DNA from: Dictyostelium discoideum | Lineage: Eukaryota | Direction: 5' to 3' | Assembly: GCA_000004695.1 (NCBI GenBank) | Contig: CM000155.2 | Coordinates: 2,720,001 to 2,784,000, forward strand | Length of the DNA stretch: 64,000 nt | In this document: piece by piece, positions 53,535 to 64,000 of the stretch | Position numbering within the stretch: the stretch's first letter is position 1 | Layout: each line of letters opens with the position of its first letter | The notes under the pieces: generated by a model | Databases searched by the model: none | What the model saw: only the letters and a program-made list of their open reading frames with translations | Told to the model about the DNA's origin: nothing | Program-made: the position numbers and the translations under genes

Positions 53535-53722
53535 TAAAAAAAAAAATTAAAAAAAAATTAAAAATAAAAAAAAAAAGATAAAAAAAAAAATTATATATTA
53601 AATAAAAAAAAAAAAAAAAAAAAAAAAAGGATCTAAAAAAAAAAAAAAAATTGAAATTTTATAAAATAAAAATAAAAAAGGTAATGAATTTTAATTTACA
53701 AATTTACAATATGTGTGTTTTA

Positions 53723-53760
<38 letters not shown>

Positions 53761-53872
53761 TATCAAATGATTAATAACTGTAAAAAAAATAATAAAAAAT
53801 TTCAAAATATCAACGGCTAAAAATTATTTTTTTTTTTTTTTCATAAATTTTTACCCGACCAAAAAAAAAAAA

Positions 53873-53962
53873 AAATTTAAAACAAAGAAACAAATAAACA
53901 AAGAAACAAACAAATAAACAAATAAACAAACAAACATATAAACAAATAAACAAACAAACAAC
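53873..53962. repeat. (AAACA/AAATA)n-type microsatellite.
   Basis: caaagaaacaaataaacaaagaaacaaacaaataaacaaataaacaaacaaaca... This explains the spurious ORF 53851..54033. Confidence 0.8.
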
Positions 53963-54065
53963 AATATTTTATTGAATAAATAAAATAAAATAAAATAAAA
54001 TAAAATAAAGTTATAAACATAAAAAAAGACCATTAAACTGTAAAGTTTTAATAGATCTTATAAAA

Positions 54066-54174
54066 ATGGAAGAACAATTTCCAACACCACCAATATCATC
54101 ACCTCAAGAAGAACCACTTCTAACTCAACAATTTGATAATGAGTTATACCAACCCCAACAACCCCAACAACCCC

Positions 54175-54215
<41 letters not shown>

Positions 54216-54219
54216 CCCC

Positions 54220-54284
<65 letters not shown>

Positions 54285-54875
54285 GAAGAACAACAAAGAC
54301 AACAACCACTACGACAACAACAACAACAACAACAACAATTACCATTACCATCACCATCAAAATCAGGAGGAGGAACAAATGTAGGATTAAATAAAAGAGA
54401 TGGAATGTTTCTAATTAAAGATATACCAAGAGAAGAATATGAAAGGATTAGGGAATATAAAGTAAATGGTAGTTTTATACAATGTTTTTCAATTTCAGAA
54501 TTAAAAGAAGAGATTAGAAGAAGAGAACCATCTGGAAACATTCAAGGTAAAAAAATAGATTTAATAAGAAGGTTAATTTCAATTTGTGATGGTGGTGTTT
54601 CCTCAGTAAATAAAAGAGTAAGATCAGCAACTGATGATGATGATGATTATGGTGCGCCAAAAAAAAATAATTTAAAACGTAAAAAAAAATATAAAAAATC
54701 TAGAGATATAGCTTTACCATCAATCGATACAACTGATGATGATGATGATGATGATGATGATGACGATGATAATAATAATAATAAAGAAAAAGAACAACAA
54801 AAAGAAGATGGTAATCAAGAACATGAAAATGGTCATAATCATGAGAATGGTTTAAATAATAATGTTAATAATAAT

Positions 54876-54911
<36 letters not shown>

Positions 54912-55953
54912 TTTAAAACTGGCAAAAGAGGTCGTCCACCTAAAAATTCATCAGCATCATTATCATTATCATCATATAAAAAGAAAAATAAAATAAGGAG
55001 TAAAAATAAAAATAAAGATAGTGATAGTGATAATAATTTAACAGATTCAGATACATTTAGTAATGAATATTCATCATCAGGATCAGAATCATCAGGATCA
55101 GAATCGGATAAAGAGGAACCATTATCAAAAGAGATAAATTATTTAAAACAACAATTGAAATCTAAAGAGATGGAAAAAGATATGAAAAAGAAAACCAAGG
55201 AAATGAAACAATTACAAATGAAAATTAAAAGTCAGAATAGAAAAATTCAAAAATTAAAAGCATTAAATTTAAATAACCTCTATTTGGATAACAATAGCAT
55301 TGTGGAAGACAGTTGTGATTTTGCATTACAACTATTTGAAAGGGTTTCCAGTCAATTCAAATACCAACACATATCTAAAAAGGTCAATGATGAACCCAAT
55401 GAAAATAAAACAAAAACTCATTCAGAGTTTATCAGATTCATTGTATTGAAAGTAATGAACTCTGATTTCGATTATAATCAACCAACTAAGTTAATACCAT
55501 CACCTCTTATATTTCTCTATTGGAAGAAATTGGTACTCGATACTCATAGGTATAGACATTTCAGTAAGATTTTAGGCTATGATATACCATTTAAAGTATC
55601 GGATAAAAAGGATCTAAACGATCCTGAAAAACATGATCATTGGCGTTCAAGATATCAATACACTATCTCCCAATATAAAAAATATTTCCCTGATGTCGCT
55701 TACGATGTTTTCGGTGATATCACCTTAAAAATTGTTGCCAAACCCGATTCAAATTGGCCATTAGATTATTTAAAATTTTCAACTTACTCAACTCCTTTAC
55801 CAATTATTAATAATTATAAAATTAATTCATCATTTACAAATGATTATGAAAATAATCAATTATTTTCAACACCACCATTATCTATTTCAACACCATTTGA
55901 TAATAATAATAATATTAATAATAATAATAATATCAATAATAATAATAATAATA

Positions 55954-56010
<57 letters not shown>

Positions 56011-56742
56011 TCACCAAAAATACAACATCAACTACTTCAAGTTCAACAACAATTAATCCATCATCTTCTTCTTCTCCTTCTTTAGAATATTTATTATCTA
56101 ATCCTTTACAATATGAACCATCAAAAACTCCACAACAAATTTTAGATCAACTTCAACAACAAAAACAACAAACAGGTTCACCACAAAAACAAAATCCTCA
56201 ATTGAGAAATACAAAACAAAGACAACAACAGCAACAAATACTTCAAGAGTTTCAACAACAAGAACAACTATCAGTACATATCCCACCTATTCAAATTCCA
56301 CTTACACCAGTAGCACCACATAAAACTGCCACTATTGCCTCTCCTTTACCAAATATTATTAATACACCATCATCAGCAACATCATCATCATCAGCAACAG
56401 CAGCAACTACAACTACAACTACTATAGCACCTTCAACACCATCATCATCTCTAAATACACCACACTCTGAAAAAAAACAAATTAAACATATCACACTTTC
56501 AGTAAAGAGTAATGAGAGTGAAGTATTTATAAAGGTTGCTGAAACAACAGCATTGGGAAGATTAATTAATGCTTATTGTCAAAAGATGGGTATTCAAAAG
56601 AGTTTAAATTCTTTTAAATATAAAGGTAAAGATATTGAAACTAGTAATCCTAAAGAATTAGGTATGAAAGAAAATGATGTTATTGATGTTATACCACTCA
56701 ACGCTTCAACTTCATCTATTGATAATGGAAGTGGTCCTTTGG

Positions 56743-56830
<88 letters not shown>

Positions 56831-57149
56831 TAATAGTAATAATGATAATAATAATGATAATAATAATAATGATAATAATAGTAATAATAATAAAGATAAT
56901 AATAATAATAATAATAATGATAATAAAAATAAAGATAACAATAATAATAGTGATAATAATAATAATAAAGATAATAAAAATAATGATATTAACAATAATA
57001 ACAATAATAATAATAATAATATTAATAGTAATGATAATACTAATAATATTAATAATAATACATCATCATCATCAAATGATTCATCTGCAACAACAGCAAC
57101 ACCTACTCAAACTTCTTCTATTTTATCATCTGGTTCAATTGAGGCATAA
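54066..57149 (+). CDS. Nuclear protein (1027 aa) with a SAP domain, an AT-hook, long Q/N/D tracts and a C-terminal SUMO-like domain (Esc2/Rad60/NIP45-type architecture).
   Basis: SAP motif FIQCFSISELKEEIRRREPSGNIQGKKIDLIRRLISI. AT-hook KTGKRGRPPKNS. C-terminal IKHITLSVKSNESEVFIKVAETTALGRLINAYCQKMGIQKSLNSFKYKGKDIETSNPKELGMKENDVIDVI aligns closely with the SUMO core (...KMTTHLKKLKESYCQRQGV...[29 protein letters not shown]) but lacks a C-terminal GG. Confidence 0.7.
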
Positions 57150-57485
57150 AAAGAACAAAATCAAAATCACCAATAATACATCTAAATCAAGATAAAACTT
57201 ATATTGAAATTAAAACTTAATAATCTTTAATCAATAAATTATTTTTTGTACAAAATTTTTTCTCTTTTTTTTTTTTATTATTTATTTATTTATTGAGTTG
57301 AATTTAAAAATTAGTGTTGAATGAGTTAAATTCAACACTAATTTTGGAGTTTGGAATTAATATTAGGATCTTTTTTTTTTTTTTTAATAACATCACTCAA
57401 TTTGGGTGTGTTCTAGGGATTTTGTAGTTTTTTTTATATCATATAGGATCAAATACACGTGATTGAAATCTATATTTCACAAATA

Positions 57486-57557
57486 TCCTTGTTGGTCTAG
57501 TGGTGAGGATTTTCGCCTGTCACGCGAAAGGCCCGGGTTCAATTCCCGGACAGGGAG
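57486..57557 (+). tRNA. tRNA-Asp (anticodon GUC).
   Basis: TCCTTGT TG GTCT AGTGGTGA GGAT T TTCGC CTGTCAC GCGAA AGGC CCGGG TTCAATT CCCGG ACAGGGA G. Confidence 0.85.
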
Positions 57558-57876
57558 CTTTTAAATCAAAATTATTTTTACGAACTTCCTAAAAAACTTA
57601 AATTTCTATTACGAATAACTAAAAAAACACTACAGTTGATCAAACGGATACTAGATACAGAAAAACATATCCATCATCAATCTAACATCAACTACATTCA
57701 ATCTATCTACTCTACACACTAATTCCTTCAATCCTTGGATTGGGAATAAGAATAGATCTGAATAAACGAGAAAGAAAAAAAAAAAAAATAAAAATAAAAA
57801 TCAAAATTTTTATATAAACACATAATTAAAAAAAAAAATAATAAAAATAATATAAAAAAAAAAAAAAAAAAAAAAA

Positions 57877-58545
57877 ATGAATTTTTTCGATAAACTTAAA
57901 GGTGAACTCAACTTAGGCGAAGAAGAGTTAAATAAAAAAACTATTCAAATAAGGTTATTCTACCCACATACCTTGGAATTAAATAGTAATTCAACAAAAT
58001 TAATAGATAATTTCATAGTTAATGGTACTCTTAACATTGTCAGAAGACAAAAGGGTATAACAGTATTCGGTAGAATACTAAAAGAAAAATTCACATTATT
58101 ACACGAGTGTTACAGCACTTTCAAGTATGAAGATTTCCCACTGCAAAAATTCATACTTTACACCCCAGGATATCACTATGTCCACTTCTACACATTTACA
58201 AAAAACATAATAAAAAAAATAAACAATCAAATGGTAAAAGAAAACTGGGGATTGGAGCCATTACTAATAGATGAATGCAACATAGTAATGCTACCAGATG
58301 TGATTAGATATTCATGCATACTATTATTTAATAAAGAAGATGATATCTCAATCATTAAAACAAACATTGATGCTATAAAAGGTAGTAAGCATCCAATAAG
58401 AGCCTTCATCTCTGAATATAACAATAAAGAAATAAGAGATGTTAGAAAAAAAAAAAACACAAGTAATAAAAACCAACTACAAATACAACTAAATCAATAC
58501 CATCAACTCCACCAACAACTAATGCATCAACAACCACACCAATAA
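57877..58545 (+). CDS. TRE3-type ORF1 protein (222 aa).
   Basis: First ORF of the element, followed 190 bp later by ORF2 in a different frame. Ends in a Q/H-rich tail. Confidence 0.65.
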   Translation: MNFFDKLKGELNLGEEELNKKTIQIRLFYPHTLELNSNSTKLIDNFIVNGTLNIVRRQKGITVFGRILKEKFTLLHECYSTFKYEDFPLQKFILYTPGYHYVHFYTFTKNIIKKINNQMVKENWGLEPLLIDECNIVMLPDVIRYSCILLFNKEDDISIIKTNIDAIKGSKHPIRAFISEYNNKEIRDVRKKKNTSNKNQLQIQLNQYHQLHQQLMHQQPHQ

Positions 58546-58738
58546 CAACCACACCAATAACAACCACACAAACAACAACCACACCAACAACAACCACACA
58601 TCAATTACCAACAAGCAATACAACAATCTACAACCTAAACAAAACTACTACTACTACTACTACTACTACAAAACCTATCAATAAAATTACTACAAGCAAT
58701 GGTACCAAGTTTCCAATTGCCAGTAGTATTAGAAAATA

Positions 58739-61700
58739 ATGGAACAATTAAAATTATTACTATGGAACTGCAGAGGTAATCAATCAACCAACGCTAAGAA
58801 TAAAACAGAAGAAACGATAAAAAGAATTGGCACTCAATTAGCACTCCTAACTGAAACTAATTTCAATGGATTCAACCACCACAAAACAATGTTCAACTTT
58901 GAAAGAATAGATCATGGTTCAGGTAAAGGGACTGGCATAGCAATAGAAAATAGAGATACAAGAAAAGGCCACATATCAATAAACTTCAAAGACGATGATG
59001 GTAGAATACTATCAATTAAATACAATTCCTTTAATTCTATCAACATATTATTGATCTATGCTCCAGCGACTATATCTGAAAGAAACACCTTCATAATCAA
59101 CTCAAAATCACTGTTTAAAAAATATAATTCAATCAACCATCAAATAATAGCAGGCGACTTCAATAACAACCACGATTGCAACAGCTTCTTCGGTACTGAA
59201 TTACGTAAAATAATAGACCAAGACATGCTTCTAGATACTGGTATTGAAGAAAACACTCAAACATTTCCAAGATCAATGAAGAGACTAGATAGAATCTACT
59301 GTCATCCAACACTACTAAACCAAAATTCAAAACTGGTAGTCCACAACACAGTATTTAACAAATCAGATCACTTTCCCATCACAATCACAATACAAACCAA
59401 CAGAGAAACAACAACAACAACAACAACCAAACTAGAAAGACTCCCTTGGACATTATGTAAAGAAATTCTCAACAACAAACATATACATGATGGGTTATCA
59501 GAATTAATCAGTAAGAACAAAGATAAGATCAAATCAGTGGAGGAATGGACGAAATTTAAAAATAATGTCATCAGAGATTATTTAAAAAAAGAACAAAACA
59601 AAATAAAGAAAGAAAAGAACAAAAGAAAATACGTAATCCACAAATTACTTGGAAATAGTGATATCATTCCAAAGATGAGAAAAGAACTCAATGAAGAAAT
59701 AAGTAGAATATTAGAAGAAGAAAGAAAGGTAAAAGCATGGGATATCAAATTAAAACTCCACCTGCATCAAGAAACACCAAGCAAATACCTCACAAGTATC
59801 CTTAAATCCAGAGCCAAAGATAAATCAATATTCCAAATAAAAGATAAAGATAATAAGACCATATCAGATAAAGAGAACATAGCAAAAAGATTTGTTGAAT
59901 TCTATCAAGATCAATATGAAGAGAAAGAAGATAACGAAGAAACCCACAAGAAGTTATTAGAAAAATGGGAAGTAGACGTTGATTTAATCAAGAAACTCGA
60001 GATAGACAGACCGATAAGAATACATGAAGTGACCAAAGCAATCAAAACTTCAAGTATCCACAAATCTCCAGGTTTAGACGGTATCAATGCACTATTCTAC
60101 AAGTACCACATCAACTCAATAGCAAGAATATTGACTATAGCTTTCAACGACCTCCTCACAAATAAGAAAGAAATCCCCACAAAATTCAAAGAAGGAGTAA
60201 TAACAACAATATTCAAAAAAGGAGATGAACTAAACATTTCAAATAGAAGACCAATCACCCTTCTCAATACAGATTACAAAATTTTAAGCAAAATTCTCAA
60301 CAGTAGATTATTAGATATCACCAGTAAAATTATCAACAAATTTCAAAACGGCTTTGTTCCAAACAGGTTCATCCAAGACAATATTCAGATCATGAAGGAA
60401 GTAATAGAAATAAGTAACAAAAGAAAGAACAATACACTCATTACCTTTTACGATTTTAACAAAGCATTCGATTCAATCAGCCACAAGAGTATCACAAGAA
60501 CATTAGAGCATATTGGTATCCCCCCAAAATTCACAGCGATCCTACTAAACCTACTCAAAGATACTAAAAACAAAATAAAGATCAACGACTTTTTAGTCAA
60601 TGGAATAACAATCAGAAGAGGAACAAAACAAGGAGACCCAATATCACCAACAATCTTTGCTCTAGTTTTAGAACCACTTCTAATAGATATCATCAATGAT
60701 AATACAATCAAAGGCTTCACTCTACCAAATTCCAAATCATTAAAACTCACTGCATTTGCTGACGACATAGCAACATTTACAAACTCCACTGAAGAACTAA
60801 TGAAAATTAATACTAAAATCCAAAAGTACTGCTCAGCAACATCATCATCGTTAAACAAAGAGAAAACAGTAATGATAGCAATAGGAGATAAACCACACGA
60901 TCTACCATTCCAAGAGAGTACAGTCCCAGAAAGATATCTTGGCCTCAATTTCACCAAAACAGGTTTAAATTCAAAATACAACACTTTAATCCAAGAAATG
61001 AAAAACAATCTAATCAAATGGAAATCACAAGCAATAACGATGAAGGCAAAGATGACAATTCTCAAAACATACGTTCTATCCAAATTAACATACCATCAAT
61101 ACATGGATAATCTAAATGAAGAACAAATTGAGGAAATCAATAACATGACCAGATGGTTCTTATTCTCCTCAGTTAAGAATACATATACAGAAGAGAGAAA
61201 ATACAAAACTATGATGAAAATAGACAGAGCATATGCAGATTGGAAAGAAGGAGGCATAAAATTATGGGATATAGAACTAAGACATATAGCATTCAAAATC
61301 TGGTACATGAACAGGCTACTCCATAACAACTACAACAACAACAACAATACCTTACAAGAATGGTACATGGAGCAATTAAGTAGAAAAAAAGCCCACACTT
61401 CAACCCTCAACGATATGTGCAGACACTGGGGTGTATTCAGAGTCAAATTTTACCAAAACCATCCAAAGATAAATGAACTTCCAGACTGTATAAGAAACGA
61501 CAATGACGAACCACTAAAACTAAAAGAAATTTACGAACTCATGATCAAAGACAGACACCCAACACCAAGAAGAACAGAATGGCAGAAGTTATGGGCGGTG
61601 AGATACAACACAGCAATACCCAAAGTATTCATAAACATCAACAGCATTTCTCACCAAAAAGGTAGAAACACCCTCTTCAGATTCTTCTCAAGATCACTTC

Positions 61701-62182
61701 CAGGTATCAACCACGAAAGAGACACCAGATGCAAGATCTGTGGCCACCTATTCAGAGACCCTTATTCTCACCTCTTCACTCTATGCCAAGATATCCTAGA
61801 TATTGAAAAAACCATCATATCAACAGTTAACAAATTATCATTCATCAAAATCCACAGATGGTCAATGGATACCTTAGACATATCAAAATACAACAGAACT
61901 GAGAGAATCTTCCCCAATCTCATAGGAATAATAGCACACCAATTATGGAAGATAATCTGTCACAAATTGTTCAACACTGATGAAAGCAAACCAGAGCCAA
62001 AATTCGAGCAAAAGGTCATAGAAACAGAATTACTAAATCTCATCGAAACTGAAAAATTCATCACACTAAAGAAAATCAAACACGACGAAGCAATACTAAA
62101 AAACACCAATCAAGATCTTCACAAATACAAATTCAACAAAGCCTGGCAAACCCCAGCAGCTCCGAACCCTCTTCCAATTTAA
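58739..62182 (+). CDS. TRE3-type ORF2 polyprotein (1147 aa): N-terminal APE-like endonuclease, reverse transcriptase, C-terminal Cys/His motif.
   Basis: The N-terminal region (LLWNCRGNQSTNAKNK...LALLTETNFNGFNH...IAGDFNNNHDCNSFFG...RLDRIYCHP...SDHFPI) carries the endonuclease. RT motifs: KSPGLDGINALFY, FYDFNKAFDSISH, FADDIATF. C-terminal CKICGHLFRDPYSHLFTLC. Confidence 0.85.
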   Translation: MEQLKLLLWNCRGNQSTNAKNKTEETIKRIGTQLALLTETNFNGFNHHKTMFNFERIDHGSGKGTGIAIENRDTRKGHISINFKDDDGRILSIKYNSFNSINILLIYAPATISERNTFIINSKSLFKKYNSINHQIIAGDFNNNHDCNSFFGTELRKIIDQDMLLDTGIEENTQTFPRSMKRLDRIYCHPTLLNQNSKLVVHNTVFNKSDHFPITITIQTNRETTTTTTTKLERLPWTLCKEILNNKHIHDGLSELISKNKDKIKSVEEWTKFKNNVIRDYLKKEQNKIKKEKNKRKYVIHKLLGNSDIIPKMRKELNEEISRILEEERKVKAWDIKLKLHLHQETPSKYLTSILKSRAKDKSIFQIKDKDNKTISDKENIAKRFVEFYQDQYEEKEDNEETHKKLLEKWEVDVDLIKKLEIDRPIRIHEVTKAIKTSSIHKSPGLDGINALFYKYHINSIARILTIAFNDLLTNKKEIPTKFKEGVITTIFKKGDELNISNRRPITLLNTDYKILSKILNSRLLDITSKIINKFQNGFVPNRFIQDNIQIMKEVIEISNKRKNNTLITFYDFNKAFDSISHKSITRTLEHIGIPPKFTAILLNLLKDTKNKIKINDFLVNGITIRRGTKQGDPISPTIFALVLEPLLIDIINDNTIKGFTLPNSKSLKLTAFADDIATFTNSTEELMKINTKIQKYCSATSSSLNKEKTVMIAIGDKPHDLPFQESTVPERYLGLNFTKTGLNSKYNTLIQEMKNNLIKWKSQAITMKAKMTILKTYVLSKLTYHQYMDNLNEEQIEEINNMTRWFLFSSVKNTYTEERKYKTMMKIDRAYADWKEGGIKLWDIELRHIAFKIWYMNRLLHNNYNNNNNTLQEWYMEQLSRKKAHTSTLNDMCRHWGVFRVKFYQNHPKINELPDCIRNDNDEPLKLKEIYELMIKDRHPTPRRTEWQKLWAVRYNTAIPKVFININSISHQKGRNTLFRFFSRSLPGINHERDTRCKICGHLFRDPYSHLFTLCQDILDIEKTIISTVNKLSFIKIHRWSMDTLDISKYNRTERIFPNLIGIIAHQLWKIICHKLFNTDESKPEPKFEQKVIETELLNLIETEKFITLKKIKHDEAILKNTNQDLHKYKFNKAWQTPAAPNPLPI

Positions 62183-62187
62183 GTAGT

Positions 62188-62244
<57 letters not shown>

Positions 62245-63282
62245 GTTTAAAAAATTTAATACAATTGAATAATAAAAATAAAACCGTTTAACAAACACCG
62301 CCGAAAAGACACAAGGACATTCCTTGAAGGTCTGATCACAGGTAAAAAAAAAAAAAAAAAAAGTGAGTAACAACTACAATCAATCATAGGATTTGTTCAA
62401 CATAAAATTTTAAACTTTTATTCGAAGAAACCCAATCTTATTCAAGTAACTGATGTTCATTGTGACAGTAATGGAACACCACTCTAAAGATCCAAATTTA
62501 AGATCCAAATTTCCTTTTTATTTAAACTCATGTATTTCCTTGACAAAGAACATTTTACTGTATCCTAGCCCTGATTTCAAGATTTTGGTGATACTGGTGA
62601 GGTTTATGTTTGGTCAATTGATTCAAAGGTACAATCTTTAATATTGGTTTAAAACTATTAACAAGTTTTCAATTTAAATCCATCAATAGACCATAATAAT
62701 AATAATAATAAGGACAAGTTGTTTGATTTATATTGTAGATATCTTTTAAAAGAAACTCCAATATGTCCAAGGGCAACGACAATTAAGATGAGTAAGCGGT
62801 TTATAAAGTTCTAAATGGTACTACTCATGTAGCGATTGCACCAAGTACTAAAACAATTAAAACAGGTTCAATTCCAACATCGGTTCAAGCTTTGCTATTA
62901 CTTGATGGATTCAATGTTGAACTAACAGAAGGTATGCTACCACAGTCAATTATCTCTATTGGTTGGTGCTATTAAAAAACCATTATCAATATAAAAGATA
63001 TCACAAGGGCTAGTGATATCTTTTATATTGATAAGTCGTCCTCTGGTAGATCCAATTTCAACATCAATAATCTTTTAGATTCTATCCCAAGTACCCATGA
63101 TACTGATAAGGGGGAGTTGTCACATGTTAATAAGAAGGCAATGGTGTAGGTGATCAGTCAAATAGATTATTTAACAAAAAGATGTCAAAACAATAAAAAA
63201 ATTAAAAAAATTAAACTTTATAAAATTAATGTATTATTTTGTTTTTTTTTTTTTTGTTTATTTGTTTAATTTTTTATTATCA

Positions 63283-63365
63283 ATTATTTTGTTTTGTTTT
63301 GTTTGTTTTGTTTTGTTTTTATTTTGTTTTTATTTTGTTTTTATTTTGTTTTATTTTGTTTGGGA
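63283..63365. repeat. (GTTTT/GTTTTATTTT)n microsatellite.
   Basis: ttttgttttgtttgttttgttttgtttttattttgtttttattttg... Confidence 0.85.
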
Positions 63366-64000
63366 TTTTGTATGGGATCCAACATAATAGGAAACACCGA
63401 TTTTAGCAAAATTTAGTGTACTAAACTTTGATTTTTAATTTTAGTTTTATACCAATCAACCTATAATATAAATTAATATTAGTAAAAATTATTATTATTA
63501 TTAAAATATTAGAATAAAAAGTATTTTTAAAATTTACCTTGATTGAAAATTATAAAATTTCCATATTTCAATCTGTGTTTAATGTAAAAAAAAGTTTTTT
63601 ATTTATTTAAAAATTTATATATTATTTAGTGATACAGCTGTTTAATATACAATCTACCTATCAACAATACCCGAGAATGAAAAGATATATCTTAAAAAAG
63701 AATAAAATCCTATGATTCTCTGGCAATTGGATTAGTACCGATTCATACTAATAACTAACAAAATATCTATTGAAAAAAAAAAAAAAAAATCCCATTGACA
63801 TAAAACAACCTATTTTTAAAAAGATATCTAATTAAAAAAAAAATTTTAATAAATTTTTTGTATGTTTTTTTTTTTAAAAAATTAAATAATAATTACCTCT
63901 TTAATTTTGTCAAAGTATAAATTTTATAATTTTTTTTTTATAATAATAATTTTTTTTTTTTTATTTAATTATAAGTTATAACTTTGTCTTTTATGAATGA

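Larger units (their letters stand above)
57650..62362 (+). mobile_element. Full-length TRE3-type non-LTR retrotransposon inserted about 100 bp downstream of tRNA-Asp (5' UTR, ORF1, ORF2, A-rich 3' region).
   Basis: Same orientation as the tRNA. The 5' boundary is approximate. ORF1 57877..58545 and ORF2 58739..62182. A(45) at 62190-62234, then a 110-bp tail ending ...ccttgaaggtctgatcacaggt(A)18 at 62345-62362. Position downstream of a tRNA gene is the TRE3 hallmark. Confidence 0.7.

Noticed and set aside
62179-62373. 64-aa minus ORF across the TRE3 3' oligo(A)
   Set aside because: Poly-F translation of oligo(T). Not coding.

Overview
This window is AT-rich (about 22% GC) Dictyostelium discoideum-type nuclear DNA, recognised by long oligo(A)/(T) spacers, (CAA)n/(AAT)n coding microsatellites and short GTAAGT...AG introns. 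Protein-coding genes alternate with a dense landscape of tRNA genes and retroelements. Six tRNA genes are present: Leu-AAG, Glu-UUC, Val-UAC, two identical intron-containing Ile-UAU, and Asp-GUC. A TRE5-A-like non-LTR element or fragment lies about 48 bp upstream of each tRNA except Asp, with its 5' end facing the tRNA. A full-length TRE3-type element with ORF1 and ORF2 (endonuclease plus reverse transcriptase) lies downstream of tRNA-Asp. Confidently identified host genes are UBA5 (UFM1 E1), mitochondrial Hsp70, a CNBP-like protein with seven CCHC zinc knuckles, a RhoGEF with PH, IQ and DH-PH domains, a tandem-BRCT protein, a SAP/AT-hook protein with a C-terminal SUMO-like domain, a large LRR protein, a B-box/FNIP-repeat protein and a PH-domain protein. 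The most striking locus is a cluster of seven two-exon genes (29.4-33.4 kb and 36.5 kb) for small Gly/Ser-rich proteins ending in RRHRRCC, arranged as divergent pairs. I read these as hssA/2C/7E-family-like. There are three N-gaps. One gap is followed by a roughly 1.1 kb GC/purine-rich stretch that looks like a low-quality read artefact. Apparent pseudogenes include an EGF-repeat transmembrane gene carrying frameshifts and an in-frame stop, and a truncated RhoGEF DH-PH fragment. The supplied ORF track accepts TTG as a start codon and includes many antisense low-complexity ORFs; those were rejected. All coordinates were counted by hand and may be off by 1-2 bp.
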